Shown here: piece after piece, positions 11,727-25,085 of the stretch
Layout of the letters: each line of letters begins with the position of its first letter
How positions within the stretch are numbered: position 1 is the stretch's first letter
Origin: Octopus vulgaris
Taxonomy: Eukaryota
Direction of reading: 5' to 3'
Assembly: GCA_951406725.2 (NCBI GenBank)
Contig: OX597823.1
Location: 111,848,001-111,912,000 of the forward strand
DNA length: 64,000 nt
Notes under the pieces: model-generated
Databases searched by the model: none
The model's input: the letters and a program-made list of their open reading frames with translations, nothing else
Told to the model about the DNA's origin: nothing
Position numbers and translations under genes: made by a program

Positions 11727-11895
11727 ACTAAACCTTTCTCTATTTTCTCTCCCTGTTTATTTCTCTGTTCCTTTCTGTCGAAGAGCATAGGCTCGAAATG
11801 TAAAAGACTTTCTCACTTCCTGTGTGTTAAACTAATACATCTGTTTGTTGTTTACACACCTGTGTTCGTCTTTTGTTTTTTTTGTAAATTCTCAC

Positions 11896-11898
<3 letters not shown>
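11727..11898 (+). mobile_element. ~170-bp dispersed repeat with a minimal hammerhead-like motif (11771-11806), ending at (TA)n
   Basis: CTTT-CTGTCGA-A-GAGC-atag-GCTC-GAAA-TG-TA-AAAG; second copy at 20903-21073 (-), 3' fragment at 43387-43455. Confidence 0.7.
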
Positions 11899-11934
<36 letters not shown>

Positions 11935-11939
11935 GTATA

Positions 11940-11995
<56 letters not shown>

Positions 11996-12277
11996 CACAC
12001 ATATACACATAATGATATTTTATTTTCAGTTCTTTTATTCACCTTACCGATATTTTTGCAGTATATTTAAATACTTTTTATATAAAATGATATTATTCTC
12101 TCAGGAGCTTTTGACTTTGAGTTATATGATTTCTAAAAAAATACTGCATATTTCACTTATGTATGTGTATTTGTGTGTGTGTGTGTGTACATGTATGCGT
12201 GTGCAAATATATATATAGGCATAGATAGACACAGACATATATATGTGTGTGCTTTTATGTATGTGCATGTGTGTATA

Positions 12278-12311
<34 letters not shown>

Positions 12312-12745
12312 CATATATGTATATATACATATATACGCACAAATACATAGAGATATTTACTGTATATACATACATACATATATACATATATGTATATATA
12401 TATATATATAATATGAATAATATATATATATGCATATACACATACGCCTATGTATATACTTACACCTATATGTATATATATATAAATACATAAATATATA
12501 CATATATAAATATATATATACATATATATATATATTTATATATCCATGTATATGTACACTCATACATATATAGATGAAAAGGGTGATGAGGATGACAGGT
12601 AAAGTAGGAGGAAGCAGAAAAGGATTGTATAACTATATCCATTTAGCATGTTTTACAGCATATTAGCAATATTTTCTTAAGTGTTTTTATTTTTTTTTGT
12701 TTTCTTTCTTATCTTTGAGAATTTCATTGTTATCCATCATTATTG

Positions 12746-12837
<92 letters not shown>

Positions 12838-12874
12838 TATATATATATACATATATATATACATACACACACAC

Positions 12875-12907
<33 letters not shown>

Positions 12908-12924
12908 CATACACACATATATAC

Positions 12925-12955
<31 letters not shown>

Positions 12956-13404
12956 CACACATATAAATTTCATTGTTTATATTCATTCATGAGTATTTTA
13001 TATGCATGTGTGTGCAGAATAATTGTGTATTTACAGATTTACAGGAATATACATTAGTTTTATCAGCTTTCATTTTCTCTGGAAGCAAAGATAAGTTCGC
13101 TTTATCAATAATTTATTTTGTATGTTATTTAATATACCTTCATTCATATTTGTCATGTGAATGCACGCTACTGGACATTGAATTATTTCTTTTAACTCAT
13201 TTTCACTTTGTTCATATATATGTGTGGATATATTTATCCTTCTATCTATTTAACTATTTATCTATAATATCTCTCTATTTTCTGAACATTTACCTATACT
13301 ACCTACATACACACATACACACACACACACACTACCCAGTCTACTCTATAAAGTGACTGGCATTATGAAGAGCATCTTGTCCTAAAACCATACCAAAGCA
13401 ATCA

Positions 13405-13645
13405 TCGCCAGTGCTGGTGCCACTTAGAAAACACCTAGGCCCCTCTGTAAAGTGGTTGATGTTAAGAAGGGTATCCAACTATAAAAACCATTCCAAGGCA
13501 GACAGTGAAGCTTGGCACAGTCTCCTGACTTATCAGTAAAAGTCAAACCATCCAACACATGCCAGCATGGAAAATAGTCACTAACTGATGTTGATGATGA
13601 TGATGATGATGACGATGGCAACGATGACGACGACGATGATGATGA
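13405..13645 (+). mobile_element. Diverged family B tail
   Basis: GTGGTTGATGTTAAGAAGGGTATCCAACT..CCATCCAACACATGCCAGCATGGAAAA then (GAT)n. Confidence 0.6.
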
Positions 13646-13659
13646 TATATATATAGATA

Positions 13660-14062
13660 GGCGCAGGAGTGGCTGTGTGGTAAGTAGCTTGCTTACCAAC
13701 CACATGGTTCCGGGTTCAGTCCCACTGCATGGCACCTTGGGCAAGTGTCTTCTACTATAGCCTTGGGCCGACCAAAGCCTTGTGAGTGGATATGGTAGAC
13801 GGAAACTGAAAGAAGCCCGTTGTATATATGTATATATATGTATGTGTGTGCGTTTGTGTGTTTGTCCCTCTCAACATCGCTTGACAACCGATGCTGGTGT
13901 GTTTACGTCCTCATAACTTAGCAGTTCAACAAAAAAGACTGATAGAATAAGTACTAGGCTTCCAAAGAATAAGTCCTGGGTCGATTTGCTCGACTAAAGG
14001 CGGTGCTCCAGCATGGCCGCAGTCATATGACTGAAACAAGTAAAAGAGTAAAAGCGAGTAAA
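13660..14062 (+). mobile_element. SINE family A
   Basis: Full length, starts GGCGCAGGAGTGGCTGTGTGG. Confidence 0.9.
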
Positions 14063-14438
14063 GAGAGATAAATCAATACATAGCTTGATACACATATATA
14101 TATATACACATAAAACTATATATGATGGAATCTCCCTTCGAAGACAGTGTAGGAGTGTTCAGTTTTTGCTGAATGACCTGCACAAATGATGTGTTTATAA
14201 TAAACAAATGCATGTGCTGTATATTAGCTCACTCCCTCCATCAAACTGACATTGTCTGTGCAGCAGATGCACAAGTGTGTCATGCGTCAAATGTTGAAAT
14301 GATTGGAGAGCAATGTAAAATGAAGTGTCTTGCTCAAGATCACAACATGACATCCAGTCTGGTTATGAAGCCTATGATCTAATGATATTGTGAATTCAGC
14401 ACCCTTTCCACTAACCCACATGCCTTAACACACATATA

Positions 14439-14994
14439 CAGGGTGGACCGAAATGATCTGACACATTTTGGAGGCTTAATAAAAGCACAAAATAAGAAAT
14501 AATGAAAAGAAAAATTTTATTTTCTGAATACACATATAATGTCATTTTATTTCATTAAGTTTTGAGAATTAATTCAGCTAAATGCTTCCCGTCATTGTCA
14601 ACACACCGTTGGAGACGTTCGTGGAAGTTATCGATAACTCTATGGATCATTTCTTCTGGAATGGTGAAATGTGATTTCTTGTTGTGGGGATATTTAAAAT
14701 GAAAAGTATTCAGTCATCACCCTCGATCTATTGATGAATTAAAACGTGCAATTTGTGTAGAAATAGCAACCATTCCAGAAGAAATGATCCAAAGAGTTAT
14801 CGATAACTTTCACGAACGTCTCCAACAGTGTGTTGACAATGATGGGAAGCATTTAGCTGATCTAATTTTTAAAGCTTAATGAAATAAAATGGCATTATAC
14901 GTACATTCAGAAAATAAAATTTTTCTTTTCATTATTTCATTTTTTGTTCTTTTATTAAGCCTCCAAATGTGTCAGATCATTTTGGTCCACTCTG
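14439..14994. mobile_element. 556-bp fold-back non-autonomous Tc1/mariner derivative (~227-bp arms)
   Basis: TA flanks; arms 14439-14665 / 14769-14994; + strand encodes a transposase C-terminus CDFLLWGYLK*KVF..IDELKRAI..ERLQQCVDNDGKH. Confidence 0.85.
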
Positions 14995-15498
14995 TATATA
15001 TGTATGTATATATTCTATCACCCTGATGTAATGCTGAGTAGCCATTAATTTCATGTACATCCTAGTTTTCTATCATTTAGCCTCTCAACACCTGAAATAA
15101 GGCCATCTCCCTCTCTACAATTTCTCTCACACAACCAAGAAGGTTTCTCATTTGTGTAGTGAGTTACTTGGCTTCCTCACTTGTACTGGTGCCACAATAA
15201 AAGCCAGTACACTCAGTAAAGTGGTTGGTGTTAGGAAAGGTATCCAGGCATAGAAACCATGATAATGCTCAATGCTGTCCTCATACTCATTGGATCCTGT
15301 CATGATGGACCATCCAAACCATAACAGCATTGAAGTTAGATGCAAAATTACGATGTGTGTATGTGTGTAGCGGAAATGCAATGAAGAAGAACAAAAAGTA
15401 AACTACACAGGAGGGGCATATTTTAATAAATACATTAGAACCTTAATGCTTCAAAGTAAGGAAAGAGTGTGTACATTTTAGACCATTTGTCTAGACCA

Positions 15499-15903
15499 GG
15501 AGCAGGAGTGGTTGTGTGGTAAGTAGCTTGCTTGCCAACCACATAGTTCCAGGTTCAGTCCCACTGCATGGCACCTTGGACAAATGTTTTCTACTATAGA
15601 CTTGGGCCGACCAAAGCCTTGTGAGTGGATTTGGTAGACGGAAACTGAAAGAAGCCCGTCGTATATATGTATATGTATGTGTGAGTATCTGTGTGTGTGT
15701 TTGTCCCACCAACATCAATTGACAACCGATGCTGGTGTGTTTATGACCCTATAACTTAGCAGTTCGGCAAAAGAGACCAATAGAATAAGTATTAGGCTTA
15801 CAAATAATAAGTCCTGTCATCGATTTGCTTGACTCAAAGCTGTGCTCCAGCATGGCTGCAGTCAAATAACTGAAACAAGTAAAAGAGAAAGAGAGTAAAG
15901 AGT
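15499..15903 (+). mobile_element. SINE family A
   Basis: Full length. Confidence 0.9.
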
Positions 15904-16061
15904 ATAAATATCATTTATTTGTGTGTGGGGGGGCGTGTGTGTGTATGCATGTGTGTACGTGTATGTATGTGTAAATATTCTTCTTCTTCATCTTCTTCTT
16001 CTTCTTCTTCTTCTTCTTCTTCTTCTTCTTCTTCTAATTATTATTATTATTATTATTATTA

Positions 16062-16616
16062 TTGAGTGAGAGAGCAGTGCATGCCATCAAAGTGACACTG
16101 GGGTAAAATATACGAAGCCCAATATACCCATCATGACTACCCGTCTGATAAGGGTACACCAGGCACATGCAAAACACCATATGTGCGCGACATGGTGATC
16201 TCATATCAAGATAAACAGCGCATGACCTTGCAGGTGGGACCCAGTTAGAATTTTCTTCAGGTTGAGTAACCCATCCCACTCAAAAGGTCTCAGAATACTG
16301 GTTGTTTAAGGATGTTGAATGAAACACCCATGTTTCCAGAGGTGAATTATTAAAACCCCAAAGAATTCCTCTCAACACATGGCTATGATGCTCCCCCACT
16401 ACTTCTGCTCAGGATCAGAGATGCACATATCGTCAGCCACTAAGGGACATGCTCAACTGGTTAAGGTCAAACAACTGACAAGCAAATGTGTGGTATTGAG
16501 CACAATATTTACTGTAGCCCATCTTTTATACCAAGACAAAACAATGTACATGATAACACTTCCAATCAGTTAAGATCAGAAGCCATGAGAGCCACTGTTT
16601 GGTACTATATCAGTGC

Positions 16617-16620
<4 letters not shown>
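16062..16620 (-). mobile_element. ~560-bp non-coding repeat embedded in (TAA)n; strand assignment tentative
   Basis: Flanked on both sides by (ATT)n; partial inverted copy at 24723-25085 also abuts (TAA)n. Confidence 0.7.
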
Positions 16621-16970
<350 letters not shown>

Positions 16971-16971
16971 T

Positions 16972-17760
16972 TTTTTTTATGTCTCCTTTTCATTACAACT
17001 TTATTTCAGCTGCCATAGTACCGGGCATCCTCTGGAGGCCAAGAGTATCAAGGGCACTTTTGTTTTGATATGCATGCTAAAATTATCACCACTTTTATTT
17101 CATTTTAGATGGAGAGTGCTTTCCGTAGTAAATGGGCTGTACCCATCAAGGTTATCTTTTATATTTCACGGAGATGGGAGTTACCAAAGAGTTGCTTGAT
17201 ATACTTCTCAGCTCCCTTCTTTATCATTCCCAATGCACCAATTACCACTGGTGTTATCGTAGTACTAAGCTTCTACATTTTTGTAATTTCAATTTGCAGA
17301 TCTTTATAATGAGAAAGTTCTTCGTATTCTTTTCTTGAGACATTTTGATCTTGTGGGACAGACATATCTATTAACGACAAGTTCCTCTCTTGTAGTCTTT
17401 GATCACAATGTCTGGTCAAATGGAGTCAATTTTTCTGTCTTTTTGTATTAAGAAGTTCCAAAGGATGGTGATGCCCTCATCATTTACTACATCCTCTGGA
17501 GGGTGCCTGTACCATTTATCATGGGATTTAATTTCGTAGTATTTACAAGCATTCCTAGTCTGTCATGTTTTATGAAGTACTCCTTTTCAGTGAGGACTGG
17601 GCAGCCAGAAACAACATGATCAATTGTCTCTGAAAATTTTTCACAAATTCTGCACAAGGGATCAGACCCATCTTTAAGGACATTTGCATGGTAGTTTCTG
17701 GTAAGTAAGCTTTGATCTGCTGCAATAACAAAATCTTCTGTTTTTCCTTTCAGACTTGTC
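16972..17760 (-). mobile_element. 3' end of an R4/Dong-clade non-LTR retrotransposon (CCHC plus restriction-like endonuclease), degenerate
   Basis: Minus strand: LKGKTEDFVIAADQSLLTRNY..CRICEKFSETIDHVVSGCP..KHDR; ILWNFLIQKDRKID..PDIVIKD..LIDMSVP..YKDLQIEI..PVVIGALG; ends in (TAA)n. Confidence 0.85.
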
Positions 17761-17764
17761 CCTT

Positions 17765-17810
<46 letters not shown>

Positions 17811-17817
17811 CCATCAC

Positions 17818-17853
<36 letters not shown>

Positions 17854-18080
17854 TATCATCATCATTATTATTCTATGTTTGACTTTTGCTTTATGTTTGC
17901 ACAAGCTGGCTCCAAGTCTCACCCAGAGACCTCAAGAGGCAACAAGTTGGAAGTTCATGTTGGTGTTATGCCTAGGGTGCCATATATTTGGTTTTGTACT
18001 TAGTGTTGTACTAGTGAATGCCTAAAAAAACCATACAAATATTTGTTTGTTTTAAAACTTGTGATTACAAAGAAAGTTTT

Positions 18081-18265
<185 letters not shown>

Positions 18266-18267
18266 AA

Positions 18268-18465
18268 CAGTGAGCTGGTAGAATTGTTACCACACTGGGC
18301 AAAATACTTAGTGGTATTTCGTCCATCTTAACGTTCTAAGTTCAAATTCCCCTGAGGTCGACTTTGCCTTTCATCTTTTTGGGGTTGATTAATTAAGTAC
18401 CAGTTACACACTGGAGTCGATGTAATCGACTAAATCCCCTCCCCCTAGCTACCCTTGTGGCAAAA
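18268..18465 (+). mobile_element. SINE family D
   Basis: GTGAGCTGGTAGAA..AAGTTCAAATTCC..GAGGTCGACTTTGCCTTTCATC. Confidence 0.75.
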
Positions 18466-19360
18466 AAATTTGAAATCATTATTATTACTATTATTGCTAT
18501 CTATATCATTATTTTGATATTTTTGGCATCGCATATATATGAATATGTATATATGTATATGTATATACACACACACACAGTTGGACACACACACATACAC
18601 ACACACACACACACACATACACACAATTTTTCTTTTTTCTTTCATCATGTTTTTAATTTAAGTATATCAGTCTAGAATATATTTTCCTCATAGTGCTTCA
18701 TTTTAAACTTTACGATTCCATTTCTTTCTTACCATTTCCTCAAACTTGGCACTTTTTATAATACAAAAGAAGATTCATTTTTTTCTCTTCTTTTATATTC
18801 TGTCTTTAAATATTCCAAACATCAAATAACTAAAATAATAATCGAAAAAAAATTTAGTTCAAGAAAATGTCTGATAAAGTTACATATAAAAAAATCTGAC
18901 AAAATGTTTTAACAAAGAGAAAAAAAATGAGATAAACAAGGAGAATAAAATGATAAAAATGAGAAAAAATAGCTTTGTTTCTTTGAGATACTTTGAGGCA
19001 AAAATATGTTATATGTATACTATATATACTAGACATGTATACGTGTATATAGTGTATATTTCCTGTTATGTATATCTGTATAAGTGCGATTCTAAATGAA
19101 TCTAAATTTGAGACCGTAAATATGTTGGAGAATTCATAGATATATAGTGTTAACTACGCATATTTATGAAATTACAGGAATACACATACACAGACACACA
19201 AATATGCACAGACACAGACACAGACACAGACACACACACACACACACACACGCACACATACACACCTGCATATGCATACAATAGTATGTATTTACATATA
19301 TGGTGGTTATTATAATTCTGTGTTCATGTGAGGACATTTGACTGTGTACATGCATATTTG

Positions 19361-19424
<64 letters not shown>

Positions 19425-19688
19425 AAGTTCATCATATTATATCCGTTTTTCATGCTGGCAGCTTTTGATAGTTCATTAAGATCCGTGTCAGCCCTTATTC
19501 GGAGAAATTGCACTCCAAGGTAGATTAAAGGATTATTAGAAAATTATGGTTTCCTCCCATGTGTAACTGAATTATAAAATCAAGTCTTATCTTTAGACAA
19601 AAAACTAACAATTTAATATTTCAGAAAAGAGAAAATGATTTAAAAGATTGATTTATCTGGTAGTTTCCACAATAACATATACATATGT

Positions 19689-19903
19689 GGAGGCGCAATG
19701 GCCCAGTGGTTAGGGCAGCGGACTTGCGGTCGGAGGATCGCGGTTTCAATTCCCAGACCGGGCGTTGTGTGTGTTTATTGAGCGAAAACACCTAAAAGCT
19801 CCACGAGGCTCCGGCAGGGGATGGTGGTGATCCCTGCTGTACTCTTTCACCACTCCAAAAGGCGGTGCTCCAGCATGGCCGCAGTCAAATGACTGAAACA
19901 AGT
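19689..19903 (+). mobile_element. Family C SINE head joined to a family A 3' tail
   Basis: C head 19689-19852, then AAAGGCGGTGCTCCAGCATGGCCGCAGTCAAATGACTGAAACAAGT followed by poly-A. Confidence 0.75.
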
Positions 19904-20409
19904 ACAAAAAAAAAAAAAAAAAAAAAAAAAATATATATATGTGCCTTTGAGTATAGACATATCTATGTGAAGAAGCATATATGCATGTGTGTTTTTATGT
20001 ACATACATGCATATTTGCATATATATATATGTAGACATTCACATGCATGCACACTATATTGCACTACATAGTTAACTTGAATTAAATAAAATTTAATAAA
20101 AGTGAACCTGTGCCTTCCGACACACCCGATCATTTAGGTAAACTCAGTTATATATCATAGTTATGTTATTATGTATTTGTTGTGTTTATTTTATTGAAAC
20201 TGTTGTTGTGCACATTTAAAAAATGTACTATTTATAAATTTTATGCTAAATATGTTGCTCTTAAGGTACACTTTAACCAATGATGTAGACAAATCGAGCC
20301 CTCTTAGATTTAGTACAATGTAGCCTTATGAACTGTTATTGACTGAGATCTTAAGTAGTGAGGATTTATTCTCTGGTGTTTATACATCAATTCCCTACAT
20401 GTATAGGGA

Positions 20410-20799
20410 AGGAATGGCTGTGTGGTAAGTAGCTTGCTAACCAACCACATGGTTCCGGGTTCAGTCCCACTGCATGGCATCTTGGGCAAGTGTCTTCTGC
20501 TATAGCCCCGGGCTGACCAATGCCTTGTGAGTGGATTTGGTAGATGGAAACTGAAAGAAGCCTGTCGTATATATGTATATATATATGTGTATGTGTGTGT
20601 ATGTGTTTGTGTGTCCCCCTAGCATTGCTTGACAACCGATGCTGGTGCGTTTATGTCCCCGTCACTTAGCAGTTCAGCAAAAGAGACCGATAGAATAAGT
20701 ACTGGGCTTACAAAGAATAAGTCCCGGGGTCGATTTGCTCAACTAAAAGGCGGTGCTCCAGCATGGCCGCAGTCAAATGACTGAAACAAGTAAAAGAGT
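20410..20799 (+). mobile_element. SINE family A
   Basis: Full length. Confidence 0.9.
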
Positions 20800-20806
20800 A
20801 TGTATC

Positions 20807-20857
<51 letters not shown>

Positions 20858-20902
20858 CTGTCTGTCTGTCTATCTATCTATCTCTCTATATATATGTATA
20901 TA

Positions 20903-21073
20903 TAGTGAGAATTTACAAAAAACAAAAGACGAAGACAGGTGTGTAAACAACAAACAGACGTATTAGTTTAACGCTCGGGAAGTGAGAAAGTCTTTTATGT
21001 TTCGAGCCCTTGCTCTTCGACAGAAAGAGACACAGAAATAAACAGGAAGAGAAAATAAAAAATGTTTAGTGGC
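20903..21073 (-). mobile_element. Second copy of the ~170-bp hammerhead-like repeat (motif 20992-21027)
   Basis: Minus: CTTT-CTGTCGA-A-GAGC-aagg-GCTC-GAAA-CA-TA-AAAG; 3' end runs into (TA)n. Confidence 0.7.
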
Positions 21074-21116
21074 CAGTGATCTATATTGTGTATGCATGTG
21101 TGTCTCTCTACGTGTA

Positions 21117-21207
<91 letters not shown>

Positions 21208-21210
<3 letters not shown>

Positions 21211-21476
21211 TGGTTGTCTACTGCTTATGCAGAATTTGACCAGCTTCTGTACCTATGCCTTAGGACCATCATGGCATCTAATGTGGTTTTTTAAACCAGA
21301 TAATGTTTTGGAAAGACACCCACATTGATTGCACATCCGATTTGGACTACCAAGAGCTGCAGATAAGTTCTGAATTTTGTGGATCTTAAAATGTCTTTTG
21401 AGGCTTCCGTTAGATTTGCAAACATTCTGACATGCACATTGCATTGAAAGGAGTGCAAGGACATATAGGCAGAACA
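21208..21476 (-). pseudogene. Fragment encoding two C2H2-type zinc fingers, probably the 3' end of a LINE ORF2 (RTE-like)
   Basis: FQCNV[2-bp insertion]CQNVCKSNGSLKRHFKIH and CNQCGCLSKTLSGLKNHIRCH, then stop and short tail; flanked by (TA)n; no TGEKP linker. Confidence 0.55.
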
Positions 21477-21618
21477 TATATATATAGGTTCAGCAAAATT
21501 TAGATTCAGACAAATATGGTGCTTAAGTTAAAGGCACCAGGATTTTGTATGGTATTATCCATATAAATCAAATGGGGTGATTATAATCAAAATAAGCAAC
21601 ATGGATATCCAAGATAGA

Positions 21619-21704
21619 GTAGTACAATTGTTTCATGCTACTTCATTTTATTAAACCCTGTAAGTATTACATCAGTTTTAAAATGTTGAGCAATCTTCAG
21701 CCAC
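21619..21704 (-). ncRNA. Type I hammerhead ribozyme-like motif (left arm)
   Basis: GTGG-CTGAAGA-TTGCT[extended stem-loop]AGCAT-GAAA-CAATTG-TA-CTAC; stem I GUGG/CUAC, palindromic stem III ACAAUUGU. Confidence 0.7.
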
Positions 21705-21832
21705 ATATAGAATTTTTCAATTAAACGGACAATGCACATTCTTATACTTATTTCATTTGCCAATATTACAAAGAGGGTAGATGAAATAAGTATAAGAATG
21801 TGCATTGTCCATTTAATTGAAAAATTCTATAT

Positions 21833-21918
21833 GTGTCTGAAGATTGCTCAACATTTTAAAACTGATGTAATACTTACAGGGTTTAATAAAATGAAGTAGC
21901 ATGAAACAATTGTACTAC
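21833..21918 (+). ncRNA. Type I hammerhead ribozyme-like motif (right arm)
   Basis: GTGT-CTGAAGA-TTGCT..AGCAT-GAAA-CAATTG-TA-CTAC. Confidence 0.65.
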
Positions 21919-22121
21919 TCTACCTTGGATATCCTTGTTGCTTATTTTGATTATATTTATATATGTATATATAAATATATATATACATACATATATATAT
22001 GTATATACATATATAAATACATATATAAATATATATATAGATAGACTGACAGAGAGATTGATGGTTAGATAGATATGAGTATATGTATATATATGTATAT
22101 ATGTGTGCATGTGTGTGTAGG

Positions 22122-22179
<58 letters not shown>

Positions 22180-23298
22180 GAAGGAAAGAAAGGGAATGTG
22201 TTTCTTCTTGCTCATCACAGTGTCTGATGTTATTTATCCCAAATGTGTTGCTTCTGTGATGTAAATTTATCTGACATTTTACACACTCCATTTTTTAACT
22301 TTAATTAAAGTGTGTTGACACCTATTCCATGCAGACCTTTTAAAATTTGAATGACGATAAAGAAGTCCTAAGATCCTGTCAGCCCCTCAGACTTGAGCTG
22401 CTGAATATCAAATTGTTATGCAAATGGGAGTATGCGGATAATTTTGTACACTGACAATTTTGTATGCTGACGAAAGATTTCAAGATTTGTAGTTTTGCAG
22501 TGGCAAAGATTGGTATTATTCAAATTTTTGCTGGACCCATGTAAAGCATAGAAAGAAATACTTTGAATATTTATATGCATTTGTATGTGTTTCATAGAGA
22601 TGGTCAGAGTTCAGATTTAATTTGTAATACTTACCTACATGCAAACATACATGCATATATTTATATATACATATGTATACACATATACTTATATATATAT
22701 AAATATATATTTATTTATATATATGTATGTGTGTGTGTGTGTATGTGTGTGTGTGAGTGTGTGTGTGAATACATATATATATATATACACACACACACAT
22801 ACACACATACAGAGTGTATATTCTGTGCCTCAAGTGATCATGTTCGGAATTACATCTGATGGAGTATATCCAAAAATGTGATAAAAGGAGAAGACAAAAA
22901 AAGTGAATGAAGATTGGAAAAAAAATTTGAGTAAAACAAAAAACAAAACAAAAAGGAAATATAGAAAAGAAGACAAATAAGTGATAAGATTATGTATTGA
23001 AGGATCTAATTTTATAACATATTGTGTATATGGACTATGTGTGTGTTTGCATGTGTATGCATGTGTCCGTTGTGCCTGTTATATATATATATGTGTGTGT
23101 GTGTATTTATAAATATGTACATATACATATATATATCTATATATGTATTTATGTATATGTGTGTGCGTGTATTTATAAATATGTACATATACATATATAT
23201 ATCTATATATGTATTTATGCATATGTGTGTGTGTGTGTGTGTGTGTGTCTATGTATGAGGGTGTGAAAGTATTTATAGATATACATACACACACAAAC

Positions 23299-23331
<33 letters not shown>

Positions 23332-24285
23332 TATATAGACATGTATACATATACATAAATATAAATGCACATACATACACATATGCATATTTATACACAC
23401 AATTATTTCATCATATACTTAATTTGTAATTTATTTGGCTTCTTTCACTTTTTATTCTTTTTTCTCAAATTCTCCTTATCTTTATTCATTCAATTTTGTA
23501 TCCTTTTATCATCTTTTTGGATATACAACATCAGATGCAATTCTGAATTACAGCACTTGAGGCACATTATGTAGTCTTAAAAATCTGTGTATTTTATTTT
23601 TTATCACTAGTATATCTTAACACTGACCAGGCACATGATGTAAATACATATCTGTATATCTAGCTAATCTGTTTATTTATAAACTTTATATTTCTACAGT
23701 GAAACTCTAAATCTCAACTTTGAATGAAAAGAATGAGCCCTACAAAGACCTGAAGATAAGAGTAGAGTTTTAATCTCCCTCCTAAACTATACCTTTTAGT
23801 TTTGATTCACTTCACTAATTAACTGATCTATTACAAAACTCACCTATAAACACTCATAAGGAAAAAAATTTCTAAATCTCATAAACCTATAGATAATGCT
23901 TTTAATACATCTATTTCAGCTTATTTTAGTTTTATTAGATCGTGGTTTTTGTAACTTGAAGAGAATACCTAAAAATAATCTATTTCAAATTTGAATTTCA
24001 TCTGGGATTGCAGCAATGATAAACTGATTGGAAATGTATTCTGAAAAAATCACAATTTTTCTGTATTTCCTTTGAAAAGATAATCATCAGGTTCTTTGAT
24101 CAGATTTTACAAATAGCATTTGAAATAAACTGCTGGAAAGTAAAACAAGGCTCTAGGTATAGAAAATGGATGTAAAATGATTAGGAATAGCAAAAGCTAT
24201 AGTGAATGTAATAATTTTTGTGCTAACTTTTATCAGCACCCATAAAAATATTAAGAACATTCAAATATTCATGTGCATAAATATA

Positions 24286-24395
<110 letters not shown>

Positions 24396-24613
24396 ATGTA
24401 TTTATATATATTCTTTAAGTTCTTTTATGGGCAGCATTTTGAGTACACATATAAAAGTTCCTCTTTTATTATGCCGGCTAGAGCCTAATGATACCAGTTT
24501 TGGGGGACTGCACTGAGCTGTGCTGATATAATGTAGGATGAATATAATAATAACGATCTTACTACTACAACTACTACTACTACTACTACTACTAATACTA
24601 CTACTACTACTAC

Positions 24614-24661
<48 letters not shown>

Positions 24662-24722
24662 TAATAATGATAATAATAATAATTATGATGATGATGATGA
24701 TAATAATAATAATAATAATAAT

Positions 24723-25085
24723 AAATGCTCTGATATTGTACCAGGCAGTGGCTCTCATGGCTTCTGATCTTAACTGATTGTAAGTGTAATCATGTACATT
24801 GTTTTGTCTTGGTATAAAAGATGGACTACAGCAAATATTCTGCTCAATACCACAGATTTGCTTGTCAGTTGTTTGACCGTAACCAGTTGAGCATGTCCCT
24901 TAGTGGCTGACAATATGTGCATCTCTGATCATGAGCAGAAGTAGTGGGGAAGTATCATAGCCGTATGTTAAAAAAGAATTCTTGGGAGTTTGGATGATTC
25001 ACCTCTGTAAACATGGGTGGTTTGTTCAACATCCTTAAACAATCCTTATTCAGGGATTTTTTGATTGGGATGGGCTACTCAGCCA
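24723..25085 (+). mobile_element. Partial copy of the (TAA)n-associated repeat seen at 16062-16620
   Basis: AAATGCTCTGATATTGTACCAGGCAGTGGCTCTCATGGCTTCTGATCTTAAC.. matches the reverse complement of ~16260-16620. Confidence 0.75.

Larger units (their letters stand above)
21582..21955. repeat. Near-perfect palindrome (175-bp arms, 24-nt spacer) with a hammerhead motif in each arm
   Basis: Arms 21582-21756 / 21781-21955 with about 4 mismatches. Confidence 0.9.

Noticed and set aside
12010-12140. Shared ATTATTCTCTCAGGAGCT with 38745 and a possible degenerate hammerhead on the minus strand
   Set aside because: It needs several core changes to fit; may be a decayed member of the same system but is unsupported by eye.
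13660-13730. tRNA-like sequence in SINE heads
   Set aside because: A/B boxes are present but there is no complete cloverleaf and it continues into the SINE body; not called as tRNA.
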